The translations under genes were made by a program, and so were the position numbers. 50,353 nucleotides of DNA from Dehalococcoidia bacterium (lineage in GTDB: Bacteria > Chloroflexota > Dehalococcoidia > DSTF01 > RBG-16-68-14): contig JBBEBM010000082.1 of NCBI GenBank assembly GCA_040882355.1, forward strand, positions 1 to 50,353, read 5' to 3'. This document shows, piece after piece, positions 36,607 through 45,464 of this stretch; the stretch's first letter is position 1, and every line of letters begins with the position of its first letter. The notes under the pieces were generated by a model. The model saw nothing but the letters and a program-made list of their open reading frames with translations. It searched no databases and was not told where the DNA came from.

Positions 36607-39420
36607 CTAGGGCGGCGAGCCCCGCAAGCAGTAAAGGTTCTCGATCCCCGCGAAGTGCTCCGGTACCGGCACCGGGCACTGTGTCGCGTCGGACTCGCCT
36701 TCCAGCGCGGCGTAGACGATAAACGTCTGTCCGTCCGACTGGTACCAGTACGTGCCATCGTTCAGCGGGTCCTTTGGGATCGGCGTGAGCATCTCCTGCA
36801 CGTCGCAGGCCGCGTCGAAGGGGTAGACGCAGAAGCTCTGCACGCCGTCCGTGCTCGGGTACTCGTCGTGCTCTTCGTAGTACTCCTGCAGCGCGCCGGC
36901 CATCGTGAACAGGTCGCGGCGCCGCTGCTCGTCGCGCTCAGCGCCCGCCTCCGCGTCGCTCGTCGGCGACGGCGCCGGCGTCGGCTCTTCGCCGTCGACA
37001 TCGTCATCGGGCGGCGGTTCGTCGTCGCCAGGCGTCCGTTCGTATCTCGTCAGTCCGGGCGACGTGTAGGTCGCCCGGTAGACCTCCCGGCCGGGGTACA
37101 GCGCCAGCACGTCCGCGAGTCGCTCCGGTATGTCGCGCGCGTAGACGATGTTGCCGTCCAGGTCCGGCGAGTTCTTCCAGAAGACCGTGCCGTAGCACTG
37201 CCAGTGCGGGCATGCCTCGACAAGGACCAGCGCGTTCTTCAGATCGGCATCGTCGACGAGCTTGAGCAGCCGGTCGTCCGCATCGTTGAACCCCTTGAGG
37301 GCGATGGCGCGGTCCGGCACGAAGTCCGCCACCCAGCCGTCCTGCTTGCCGAAGAGCCACCCGGCGAGTGCCGCGCCCACGAACACCAGCACGATGCTGT
37401 AGACGACCCCCGTTCCCACCCAGCGCGCCACGACGTCCGCCGGGCGACGCCCGAGCACCGCCCGCTGAACGAACGCCGCGCTCGCGCCCAGCACCTCGGC
37501 CGCGCGGTCGGCGCCGCGCGCCGTCAGCAGCATCAGGAAGGGCACCGCCTCGTACCAGTAGCGCGGGCCGTGCATGACGCCGTTGCCCTCGAACAGCGAG
37601 TACGCGCCTAAGACGAAGACCGCGCAGACCAGGAAGAACCAGTCCCAGAGCTTGCGCGTCCCCAGCATGAACGGCAGCAGCACGAACATCATCCCGATGT
37701 ATAGGGGCCACCCGTTGAAGACGAGCAGCAGGAAGGTGAGCTGCGTCTGCTCGTTCTGGATTCCGGCGTTTACGGTGTGCCTCCCGCCGAAGCCCACCGC
37801 CTGATCGAGGTCGCCGCCGACCTGGTAACCGCTGCTGAACGCGTCGCCCGTCGAACCGTCGTTGTAGATCCAGTACGCGACCAGCATCAGCAGCCCGCCG
37901 GCGATGAACCCCGCAAGCATTCGAACTTGCGCCAGGCGGTCCTCCTCCGGCAGCAGCCGGCTGAGCAAGAAGGCGCCGAACGGCAGCACCAGCGCCATCG
38001 CCGTCAGCGGGCGCGTGTTGAACAGCAGGCCGAAGAAGAGCCCGGCGGCGATCGCATAGGGGAGCCTCTTCTTGTCCATCAGCGATACGAAGAACAGCGA
38101 GAGCAAGACGTAGAATGCGCCCGTGTTGTGCGACATGAAGTTGCTCGCCGTCATGAGGAAGAACGGCGATGCGGCCAGCAGCAGCGCCGCCAGCAGGGCG
38201 GTGCGCGTGTTGTAGATGCGCCGCCCCAGCGCGAAGATCAGCAGCACGCAGCCGCCGCCGACCAGCGGCGGGATTAGCCAGATCGCTCCCAGGCGCACCC
38301 CGACCGCCAGCAACAGCGAATGGCCGAAGGGGTAGACGCTCGCCCAGTGGTCGCCGGACGTGATGATCAGCGGCGGGTAGAAGAACTCGAAGGCGTCCTG
38401 GACGGGGGCAGGGTCGGCGGAGAACCGCCCCGCCGCGATCAGCTTCGCCTGGAAGATGTACGAGACCTCGTCCGGCACGTGCGGCATGTGCGAACCGTAC
38501 GAGTAGTTCAAGTAGAGGGTGATCACGAACGCGCAGATGGCGATCGCTCCCGCGACGAACCACGCCATCTGCCTCGGGAACCACTCGTCGACCGGCAGCG
38601 AGCGCGGCCAGGGCACGAGGAGCAGACCGAGCACCACGAGGAAGCCCGCCGCCAGCATCAGCAGCGCCAGCGGGTAGACGCGCAGCACCATCTCCACCAT
38701 CGACCTGACAGTCTCCGTCTTGCTCGCCAGGAAGACGTCGCCCGGCACGCTGGCCGTCGCCTGTCCGTCTGCGATCAGCGCGATCAGGTTGTCGTAGTGA
38801 CGGAACGGGCGGAAGGTGTAGACGACGCCCTCGTTCGCGTCCTCCGCGCGCACCATGATCGCGCCGCCGTTGATGTTCTTGAAGCGCACGTCGACGGCGT
38901 AGTTCGTCCAGTCCTCGACCACCTGCAGCGTGCCCGAGCCCGTCACGCCGAGCACGCCGCCGTCGCTCTCGAACGCGCCCGCGACGTTCGTCCACTCCTC
39001 GGACGGGCCGTGCGAGAAGTCGTCCTCGAACAGCACCTCGTCGGTGTCGAGATCGGTGATGCGCACCGAGTCGATGCCGCGGGGCTTGGGCAGGCTCGGC
39101 GGCTGTGACGTGTCCAGCAGGCTGACGATCACGCCGCCCTCGGCAGGCGCTTCGTAGTTCGCGGAGGCCCGCAGTTGGCCGTCGCCGTACGCGACGAACG
39201 AGGCGCCACGCGCCTCCAGTCGGATGTGCGTCGTCTGGCCGCCCCGGCTCCAGAACCACCCTGCCAGCAGCACCAGGTTCACGATGACGAAGACGCTGCC
39301 GGCGAGCGCGATGCGGCCGCGGTTCGCCCGGGCCCGCGATGCCAGCCAGCGCAGCCGGCGGCTCGTCTTCACGGGCAGCCCGATGCGACGGTCCCTGGCA
39401 ACCATTCCTCGATCACTCAT
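36607..39420 (-). CDS. GT-C membrane glycosyltransferase with N-terminal beta-sandwich-like domain and C-terminal pilin/GspG-like domain
   Basis: PHVPDEVSYIFQAK, multi-TM, GPRYWYE; tail RDEQRRRDL..ALQEYY...YP...IPKDP..YWY.SDG..F..YAALE. Confidence 0.85.
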   Translation of the reverse strand: MSDRGMVARDRRIGLPVKTSRRLRWLASRARANRGRIALAGSVFVIVNLVLLAGWFWSRGGQTTHIRLEARGASFVAYGDGQLRASANYEAPAEGGVIVSLLDTSQPPSLPKPRGIDSVRITDLDTDEVLFEDDFSHGPSEEWTNVAGAFESDGGVLGVTGSGTLQVVEDWTNYAVDVRFKNINGGAIMVRAEDANEGVVYTFRPFRHYDNLIALIADGQATASVPGDVFLASKTETVRSMVEMVLRVYPLALLMLAAGFLVVLGLLLVPWPRSLPVDEWFPRQMAWFVAGAIAICAFVITLYLNYSYGSHMPHVPDEVSYIFQAKLIAAGRFSADPAPVQDAFEFFYPPLIITSGDHWASVYPFGHSLLLAVGVRLGAIWLIPPLVGGGCVLLIFALGRRIYNTRTALLAALLLAASPFFLMTASNFMSHNTGAFYVLLSLFFVSLMDKKRLPYAIAAGLFFGLLFNTRPLTAMALVLPFGAFLLSRLLPEEDRLAQVRMLAGFIAGGLLMLVAYWIYNDGSTGDAFSSGYQVGGDLDQAVGFGGRHTVNAGIQNEQTQLTFLLLVFNGWPLYIGMMFVLLPFMLGTRKLWDWFFLVCAVFVLGAYSLFEGNGVMHGPRYWYEAVPFLMLLTARGADRAAEVLGASAAFVQRAVLGRRPADVVARWVGTGVVYSIVLVFVGAALAGWLFGKQDGWVADFVPDRAIALKGFNDADDRLLKLVDDADLKNALVLVEACPHWQCYGTVFWKNSPDLDGNIVYARDIPERLADVLALYPGREVYRATYTSPGLTRYERTPGDDEPPPDDDVDGEEPTPAPSPTSDAEAGAERDEQRRRDLFTMAGALQEYYEEHDEYPSTDGVQSFCVYPFDAACDVQEMLTPIPKDPLNDGTYWYQSDGQTFIVYAALEGESDATQCPVPVPEHFAGIENLYCLRGSPP

Positions 39421-41044
39421 GCGATTGTGCCTGCGAGGATTGTAGCTCGCCGGATGGTGGGTCGGACGCGAGGCCCGTGATCTCGACCAGGTAGAAGGCA
39501 GGCTCGCCGCTCGGATAGTCGATCACGTCCAACGTCTGGTAGGTGAAGGTGTCGGGCATGTCCTCCGGACGCAGCGCGAAGAGCTGACGGCGCGTCGGGT
39601 CGTAGTCGTCCGTGTTGCCGACTTCGCACTTCGCGCAGTCGTCCGGCGCGTAGAACCCGAAGAACATCCGCGGCGCGTTGAACCTCCTGTCCATGATCAG
39701 GTCGTCGTACTGGCCCTCCACCCCGAGGAAGCGCGCCACGACCTGCTTCGGGCCGTACTGCCAGCCCCAGTAGTCGGCGGCCAGCTTCGGGTACTCGCCG
39801 TGGTAGCGGTCGAGGTACGACGCGAAGCCGTTCAGCGAGAAGCCGAGCGCGACCGCAACGAGGGCGCCCGCCGCGATCGCTGGAGCCGGTCGCGGCGCCC
39901 AGCGCAGGCCGGCGCGCGCGAGATCGGCGGCGACGATCAGCCCATAGCCGGAGAGCAGCGCGAACACGACAGAGCCGATGATCGTCCGGCTGCTGAACGG
40001 GCTCTCGCGAGTGATAGCGCCGCCCAGCGGGTAGAGGACGAGCAGCGCCAGTACGATGAGCTTCTCCCTGTCCGGACGCCACAGCAGGCCGAGCAGCCCC
40101 GCGAAGGCCAGCGGGAGTTGGGCGTAGTACAGCTCCCCGAAGCCCGGCAGGTAGTGGCGGGTCACGCGGTAGTGATCGCCATCCTGGAAGAGGAACGACA
40201 TCGTGAAGTACGAGCGATAGTTGGTTGCCAGCCGCTCGAGCGTCCCCCAGAAGCCCAGCCCGGCGTTGAACAGGCTGACGTCCTGCGCGCGGTCGTCCTC
40301 CAGGAGCACGTGGAAGACAATCGGCAGCGCCATCAGCGCGACGATCGCCAGGCCAATCAGCGCGTACCTCCGTCCGGCCAGCAGTTCGCGCCGGTAGAGC
40401 ACGGCGAGGAGGACCAGAAGCGGCGGCAGCGTCACCCAGGCCGCCCGGTACGTGTAGAGCGTGAGGCCCAGCACGACGCCGGCCGCGATCCAGAGCGCGT
40501 TGCGCCGTCTGCCCTCCAGGAAGAGGTAGAGGCCAAGCGTGAGGAAGAAGGGGAACGTCACCAGCTCGCCGAAGCCCGTGCGGCTGTAGTGGATGTGCCA
40601 GGGCATGATCGCCAGGAAGAACGCCGCGGCGACCGCAACCTCGCGGCGCTTGAACAGCGCGGACGCTAGCAGGTACGTCGTCACGATCGTCGCCGCCCCG
40701 TAAAGCGCCGAGGTGAGGCGCACGGCGAGCTCGGAGAGGCCCAGGATCGCGATCACCGGCACCTGCGAGTAGATGAAGACCGGCAGCTTGTACTCGCCGA
40801 ACGCGCGAAAGAGCAGCGGCAGCGTCTTCCCGTGCTCGTCCTGACCGGTGTGGAGGATCTTGTAGGCGTTGTAGCCCGCCGACGCCTCGTCCGTGAAGAA
40901 TCCGGGTGGGTTACCGACGATGTCGTAGAGCCGGACGGCCGCGCCCAGCGCGACGATGCCGATCAATGCGACGAGCGCCCAGTACCTGCCGAACAGCGCG
41001 CGGGCTCCCGCGTCGAGGGGCGGATCGGCGAGGAGGACGGTCAT
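39413..41044 (-). CDS. GT-C (PMT/ArnT-like) glycosyltransferase, paralog of 22918..25527 without TPRs
   Basis: NPPGFFTDEASAGYNAY, AFGEYKLPV, PWHIHYSRTG, GWQYGP, YAPDDCAKC. Confidence 0.88.
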   Translation of the reverse strand: MTVLLADPPLDAGARALFGRYWALVALIGIVALGAAVRLYDIVGNPPGFFTDEASAGYNAYKILHTGQDEHGKTLPLLFRAFGEYKLPVFIYSQVPVIAILGLSELAVRLTSALYGAATIVTTYLLASALFKRREVAVAAAFFLAIMPWHIHYSRTGFGELVTFPFFLTLGLYLFLEGRRRNALWIAAGVVLGLTLYTYRAAWVTLPPLLVLLAVLYRRELLAGRRYALIGLAIVALMALPIVFHVLLEDDRAQDVSLFNAGLGFWGTLERLATNYRSYFTMSFLFQDGDHYRVTRHYLPGFGELYYAQLPLAFAGLLGLLWRPDREKLIVLALLVLYPLGGAITRESPFSSRTIIGSVVFALLSGYGLIVAADLARAGLRWAPRPAPAIAAGALVAVALGFSLNGFASYLDRYHGEYPKLAADYWGWQYGPKQVVARFLGVEGQYDDLIMDRRFNAPRMFFGFYAPDDCAKCEVGNTDDYDPTRRQLFALRPEDMPDTFTYQTLDVIDYPSGEPAFYLVEITGLASDPPSGELQSSQAQSHE

Positions 41045-41106
41045 CCTGCGGCAGGGTACAACAGCCAGCCCGTACTAACACGCCGGCCCGCGCTCCCGCC
41101 AACGCC

Positions 41107-41134
41107 GTAGCCGAGCCTGGAAAGGCCCGGCGAC
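41107..41134 (+). repeat. GTAG-type REP
   Basis: gtagccgagcctggaaaggcccggcgac; same family as 8593..8617. Confidence 0.75.
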
Positions 41135-41149
41135 GCATCTGTGCGCCTG

Positions 41150-41641
41150 CTATGAGGCGTCGGCGATGCGTGGCGGCAGGCGCAGCGCCCGCAGGTGCTC
41201 GTCGACGATCGGCATCGGGTCGAGATCGACCTGCGTCAGCGGGCAGCTCCCCCACGACCAGTGCGACAGCCCGTCGTCGTCCCAGATCAGCAGCTTGTCG
41301 CTGGTGATCGTCTGCACCTGGGCCAGCTTGTGGATCACCAGCCCGGTCTCAGGCTGGCGCTTGCCCGTGCAGCACCAGTTCCAGGCGACTTGGCCCTCGC
41401 TCACGAGACCGCCGTCGGCGCCCGGGTCGCTGCAGCAGGGCGCTGCTGACGCGAAACCGAACTCCATCAGGAACTCGTCATCCCGCCGGTGCCGGACCGC
41501 GACATACGCGTCCTCGACGCACTCGACGTCGAAGTCGGGCCAGGAACAGCCCAGCCGCGAGATGGCGAGCACAGCGCTTCGCACTTCGTCGTCGGCCAAC
41601 GGCTGCAGGGTGGTCCAGGCGATCTCCCAGTGGTGACGCAT
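41150..41641 (-). CDS. Hypothetical Cys/Trp-rich protein
   Basis: AGGAG 7 nt before ATG 41641; no family recognised. Confidence 0.65.
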   Translation of the reverse strand: MRHHWEIAWTTLQPLADDEVRSAVLAISRLGCSWPDFDVECVEDAYVAVRHRRDDEFLMEFGFASAAPCCSDPGADGGLVSEGQVAWNWCCTGKRQPETGLVIHKLAQVQTITSDKLLIWDDDGLSHWSWGSCPLTQVDLDPMPIVDEHLRALRLPPRIADAS

Positions 41642-41657
41642 TCGGTATCTCCTGCAA

Positions 41658-41671
41658 GTAGTTGCAACTAC
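41658..41671. promoter_or_regulatory. Perfect 14-bp palindrome, candidate operator
   Basis: GTAGTTGCAACTAC just upstream of the RBS of 41150..41641. Confidence 0.55.
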
Positions 41672-41742
41672 ATATTCAGGCAAACTTGGTGCTGCGTCAA
41701 GTATCGGCCGAACGGCGAGAGTTCTTGAGGGAAGCGGCGATC

Positions 41743-41771
41743 TTGAAGGGGTGGCGGAGACGGGCTAGAAT
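41743..41771 (+). promoter_or_regulatory. Sigma70-like promoter of the tRNA pair
   Basis: TTGAAG-N17-TAGAAT, 10 nt before tRNA-Leu. Confidence 0.7.
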
Positions 41772-41781
41772 GAAGCAGCGT

Positions 41782-41870
41782 GCCGAAGTGGTGGAACTGG
41801 TAGACACGACGGTCTCAAAAACCGTTGCCCCGCGAGGGGCGTGCCGGTTCGAGCCCGGCCTTCGGCACCA
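41782..41870 (+). tRNA. tRNA-Leu(CAA)
   Basis: Acceptor stem GCCGAAG/CTTCGGC, anticodon arm acggt-ctCAAaa-accgt, long variable arm, GGTTCGAG, encoded CCA. Confidence 0.95.
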
Positions 41871-41903
41871 ACCTCGACGTTCTCGGGCGCCCGTCCCGCT
41901 CAG

Positions 41904-41977
41904 TGCCGAGTGGTGTAACGGTAGCACAGGGGTCTTTGGAGCCTCTAGTCTAGGTTCGAATCCTAGCTCGGCAACCA
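41904..41977 (+). tRNA. tRNA-Gln(TTG)
   Basis: Acceptor stem TGCCGAG/CTCGGCA, loop ctTTGga, GGTTCGAATCC, encoded CCA. Confidence 0.95.
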
Positions 41978-42124
41978 GGCCAGTCCTTCGCCGCGAGGCC
42001 GGCGGCTTGCATCGTAGTAACGCGCATTGAGCCGTGTTACACTGGGCTGGCTCAGTCGATATAGCCCGGCATTTTGCATGGAATCGCCAGCCGGGTTGTC
42101 CGTGTCCTGGAGGGGGCGACACGT

Positions 42125-42382
42125 ATGGCGCCAAGGAAGGCGAACGAGGACGGGGTGCGGCCCGAAAGCGCTAGGACCACGGAAAGCTACGGGCTCACGG
42201 CCCGCGAGTTGGAGATCTTGCGCCTTGCTGCAGGCGGCCAATCGGACAAGGAGATCGCGGCGGCACTGAGCATCAGCCGGCTCACCGTCCATTCCCACGT
42301 CCGCCGCATTCTGGAGAAGATGGACAGCGCCTCCCGCACAGAGGCCTGCGTCCGCGCCGTCCGGGCTGGTCTCATCGCCTAA
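42125..42382 (+). CDS. Stand-alone LuxR/GerE-type HTH regulator
   Basis: LTARELEIL..GQSDKEIAAALSIS..TVHSHVRRILEK..SRTEA. Confidence 0.9.
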   Translation: MAPRKANEDGVRPESARTTESYGLTARELEILRLAAGGQSDKEIAAALSISRLTVHSHVRRILEKMDSASRTEACVRAVRAGLIA

Positions 42383-42458
42383 AAGGCGGGCCCCCGTATC
42401 TGCGTATCCCTAATAAAGGGGATTCCCTGCCACCCTTCCGTCGCCCAAAGTAGAAGGA

Positions 42459-42547
42459 GACAGCACGAGGGTTGCCATCAGACGCTGGAGCCGTGCGGTT
42501 TGCCTTATGAGCCGCGCACGGCCAAGTCTGATCGGCCTCGCGCTGTC
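42459..42547. ncRNA. Candidate ~90-nt rod-like structured RNA
   Basis: Nested stems gacagc/gctgtc, cgagg/cctcg, atcagac/gtctgat, gccgtgcg/cgcacggc. Confidence 0.4.
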
Positions 42548-42626
42548 GCCAGCTATCCTACACCCCACCTGAACGTCTGGCAACACTTGGCTTGCTATGG
42601 CAGTGTCCTAACACGGGCACCCTGTC

Positions 42627-42654
42627 TTGACTAATCGCGAACGTGGCTTATAAT
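42627..42654 (+). promoter_or_regulatory. Sigma70-like promoter
   Basis: TTGACT-N16-TATAAT. Confidence 0.7.
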
Positions 42655-42737
42655 GGCTCGTGCCTGTTGTCACAGGCGCACCGCATCGCGCGCCGGCCCG
42701 CCCAAGCGCGGGTTCCGCAGGGGAAGGAGAGCTTCGC

Positions 42738-43181
42738 GTGGCAGAAACCGAGACGATGACCAAGAGCGAACGCCCCATCGTGCCGTTCCTCCGCCTGCCG
42801 GAGAAGCCGGGCGAGCAGGCCCACCTCTGGGGCAGCAAGTGCAAGCAGTGCGGCGCCGTCTATCTGGGCGACCGGATCGCCTGTAGCCGTTGCCTCTCCA
42901 CAGAGCCGATGGACGATATCCCCCTCAGCGACCGGGGCGAGCTGCACGTCTTCTCTATCGTCCACCAGTCCGCTCCCGGCATCAAGACCCCCTACATCGC
43001 CGCCATCGTCGACCTGCCGGAAGGCGTCAGCGTGCGCTGCAACATCGAGGGCGTCGAGCCCGACCCGAAAAATCTCAAGTTCGGCATGCCCGTCGAGATG
43101 TTCACCGAGAACGTCCATACGGACCGCGAGGGCGTCAACATCATCGCCTTCAAGTACCGGCCCGTCACCAACGGCCAGTAG
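42738..43181 (+). CDS. Zn-ribbon/OB-fold (DUF35) thiolase partner
   Basis: CKQCG..CSRC, GELHVFSIV, PY..AIVDLPEG, GMPV; GTG start after AAGGAG. Confidence 0.92.
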   Translation: MAETETMTKSERPIVPFLRLPEKPGEQAHLWGSKCKQCGAVYLGDRIACSRCLSTEPMDDIPLSDRGELHVFSIVHQSAPGIKTPYIAAIVDLPEGVSVRCNIEGVEPDPKNLKFGMPVEMFTENVHTDREGVNIIAFKYRPVTNGQ

Positions 43182-43241
43182 GTCGCCCCGGCGACCCGTC
43201 ATCACGCCGGGCGCGATGCCCGATCACGAAGGAGGAAACAC

Positions 43242-44381
43242 GTGCGAGACGTAGCCATCGTTGGGGTATCGATGCTGAAGTTCGGCCGGTATCCGGAGAA
43301 GAGCGTGCCGGATCTCGGCGCCCAGGCCACCCTGCTCGCCCTCAAGGACGGCGGCGTCACCATGAAAGACATCGAGATCATGGTGTGCGGCAACCTCTAC
43401 CAGTCGAACGCCACTGTCGGCCAGCGCATCCTCAAGGAGATCGGCCAGACCGGCATCCCCGTGATCAACGTCTCGAACGCCTGCGCCACCGGCTCCACCG
43501 CCTTCCGCGAAGCCTACTACTCCGTCGCGTCCGGCGCCTACGACACCGCGCTGGCCGTCGGCGTGGAGCAGATGGGCAAGGCGGGCCTGCTCGGCCTCGG
43601 CTCAGGCGGCGGCGGCGGCGTCTCGCTCGAGGGCGTGCTCGGCTCGGGCCTCATGCCGGCCGTCTTCGGCCAGGCCGGCGTCGAGCACATGCGGAAGTAC
43701 GGCACGACAGCGGAGCAGTTCGCCAAGGTCGCCGTCAAGAACCACAAGCACTCCATGCACAACCCCTACTCGCAGTACCAGATCGAGACGAGTCTGGAAG
43801 ACGTGATGAACGCGCGCATGGTCGCGTGGCCCAACACCCTCTACATGTGCTGCCCCACCGGCGATGGCGCCGCCGCCGCGGTCCTGATGTCCATGGACAA
43901 GGCGAAGCAGTACACCACGAAGCCCATCAAGGTCGCCGCGTCCGTCCTCACCTCCGACCCCTGGTCGGAGCGCGACCTGATCATGTTCGACGTCAACACG
44001 CTGACGCGCAACGCCGCGAAGGAGGCCTACGAGAAGGCGGGCATCGGGCCGGAGGACCTGAACCTGGTGGAGCTGCACGACTGCTTCGCCACCGCCGAGC
44101 TGCTCCACTACGAGAACCTCGGCCTCTGCGGCGAGGGAGAGGCTGGCCGCATGATCGATGAGGGCGAGACCGCCATCGGCGGACGCGTCGTCGTCGCCCC
44201 CAGCGGCGGGCTGCTCTCCAAAGGCCACCCGCTCGGCGCGACGGGCGTCGCCAACATCGTCGAGATCACCTGGCACCTGCGCGGCCAGGCGGGCGCCCGT
44301 CAGGTTGAGGGCGCGAAGGCGGGCCTGGCCCACGTCATCGGCCTCGGCTCTGCCTGCACCATCAACATCATCCAGAAGTAG
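43242..44381 (+). CDS. Thiolase family protein (SCP-x/Ltp-like)
   Basis: NACATGS, KNH, DGAAA, ELHDCF, GGLLSKGHPLGATG. Confidence 0.95.
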   Translation: MRDVAIVGVSMLKFGRYPEKSVPDLGAQATLLALKDGGVTMKDIEIMVCGNLYQSNATVGQRILKEIGQTGIPVINVSNACATGSTAFREAYYSVASGAYDTALAVGVEQMGKAGLLGLGSGGGGGVSLEGVLGSGLMPAVFGQAGVEHMRKYGTTAEQFAKVAVKNHKHSMHNPYSQYQIETSLEDVMNARMVAWPNTLYMCCPTGDGAAAAVLMSMDKAKQYTTKPIKVAASVLTSDPWSERDLIMFDVNTLTRNAAKEAYEKAGIGPEDLNLVELHDCFATAELLHYENLGLCGEGEAGRMIDEGETAIGGRVVVAPSGGLLSKGHPLGATGVANIVEITWHLRGQAGARQVEGAKAGLAHVIGLGSACTINIIQK

Positions 44382-44403
44382 CCACTGGACAGCACCAAAA
44401 ACC

Positions 44404-44433
44404 AGCAGGGCCGGCGCACGCGCCGGCCCTGCT
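44404..44433 (+). terminator. Terminator hairpin
   Basis: agcagggccggcgc-ac-gcgccggccctgct. Confidence 0.75.
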
Positions 44434-44547
44434 TCATAAACGGGCAACATATCGGGGAAGGCACGTCTTGCCCATGCATATGGCTCGTGCCATAATGCGC
44501 TTGCCTTCCCGCCAGGCAGCATACTCGCCCTTAGAGGTCGTGCGTAC

Positions 44548-44997
44548 TTGTCCTCTCCCGAAGTCACAGCGCGCCTGCGCTCCATCGTGGTGCCGATCGA
44601 CGGGTCGCACGCCAGCCTCCAGGCTGTCGGCCTCGCCTGCGAAATCGCCCGCAAGAACAAGGGGAAGGTCTACGTCGTGCACGTCATCGAGGTGAAGCGC
44701 CACCTGCCCCTGGACGCCGCCCTTGAGCCGGAGGCCGTCGTCGGCGAGGCGATCCTGGCGCAGGCGGAGGAGGTCGGCCGCGCCCATCGCTTCGAGGTGG
44801 CCGGCGAGATCCTCCAGGCGCGCCAGGCCGGCCACGCTATCGTGGACGAAGCGGTGGAGCGCGCAGCCGACCTGATCGTCCTGGGTCTGGACTATCCGCC
44901 TCCGTTCGGTCAGTTCGAATTGGGGTCGGTGTCGCAGTACGTCCTTCGGAGCGCCCCGTGCGAGGTCTGGCTCTGCCGCCACGCAGTGCAGGAGTGA
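44548..44997 (+). CDS. Universal stress protein
   Basis: IVVPIDGS, AIVDEA..ADLIVLG, GSVSQYVLRSAPCEV. Confidence 0.92.
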   Translation: MSSPEVTARLRSIVVPIDGSHASLQAVGLACEIARKNKGKVYVVHVIEVKRHLPLDAALEPEAVVGEAILAQAEEVGRAHRFEVAGEILQARQAGHAIVDEAVERAADLIVLGLDYPPPFGQFELGSVSQYVLRSAPCEVWLCRHAVQE

Positions 44998-44998
44998 G

Positions 44999-45454
44999 AT
45001 GAAGATCGTCATCATGGGCTGTGGTCGCGTCGGCTCGGAGCTGGCGTCCACCTTGGACAGCGAGGGCCACGAGGTGACCGTGCTGGACGTGAACGCTTTC
45101 CAGTTCACGCGCTTCCTGCCGGAGAGCTTTCGCGGCCGGACGATCACCGGCAACGGCATCGACCAGGACGTCCTGCGCCGGGCAGGCATCGAACAGGCGG
45201 ACGCTTTCATCGCGGTCACAGCGGGGGACAACCGCAACGTGATGGCTTCGCAGATCGCGAAACACCTCTTTGGTGTCGAGCGGGTGGTCTGCCGGATCTA
45301 CGACCCGATTCGCGAGCAGATGTATAGGAACCTCGGTCTGCGCACGATCAGCCCGACGAAGATCGGAGCGCAGCTCATGCGGGAAGCGCTGGAAGCGAAC
45401 GGCCAGCCCGGCGCCGTCGCCGAAGCCCACCCGCCGGCCGGCGCCACGTCATAG
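44999..45454 (+). CDS. trkA: TrkA-N (RCK_N) only protein
   Basis: IVIMGCGRVG, AGIEQAD, GDNRN. Confidence 0.9.
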   Translation: MKIVIMGCGRVGSELASTLDSEGHEVTVLDVNAFQFTRFLPESFRGRTITGNGIDQDVLRRAGIEQADAFIAVTAGDNRNVMASQIAKHLFGVERVVCRIYDPIREQMYRNLGLRTISPTKIGAQLMREALEANGQPGAVAEAHPPAGATS

Positions 45455-45464
45455 GGGGTGTCGC

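Noticed and set aside
41782..41977. tRNAs as integration sites
   Set aside because: No duplicated tRNA 3' end or integrase seen nearby
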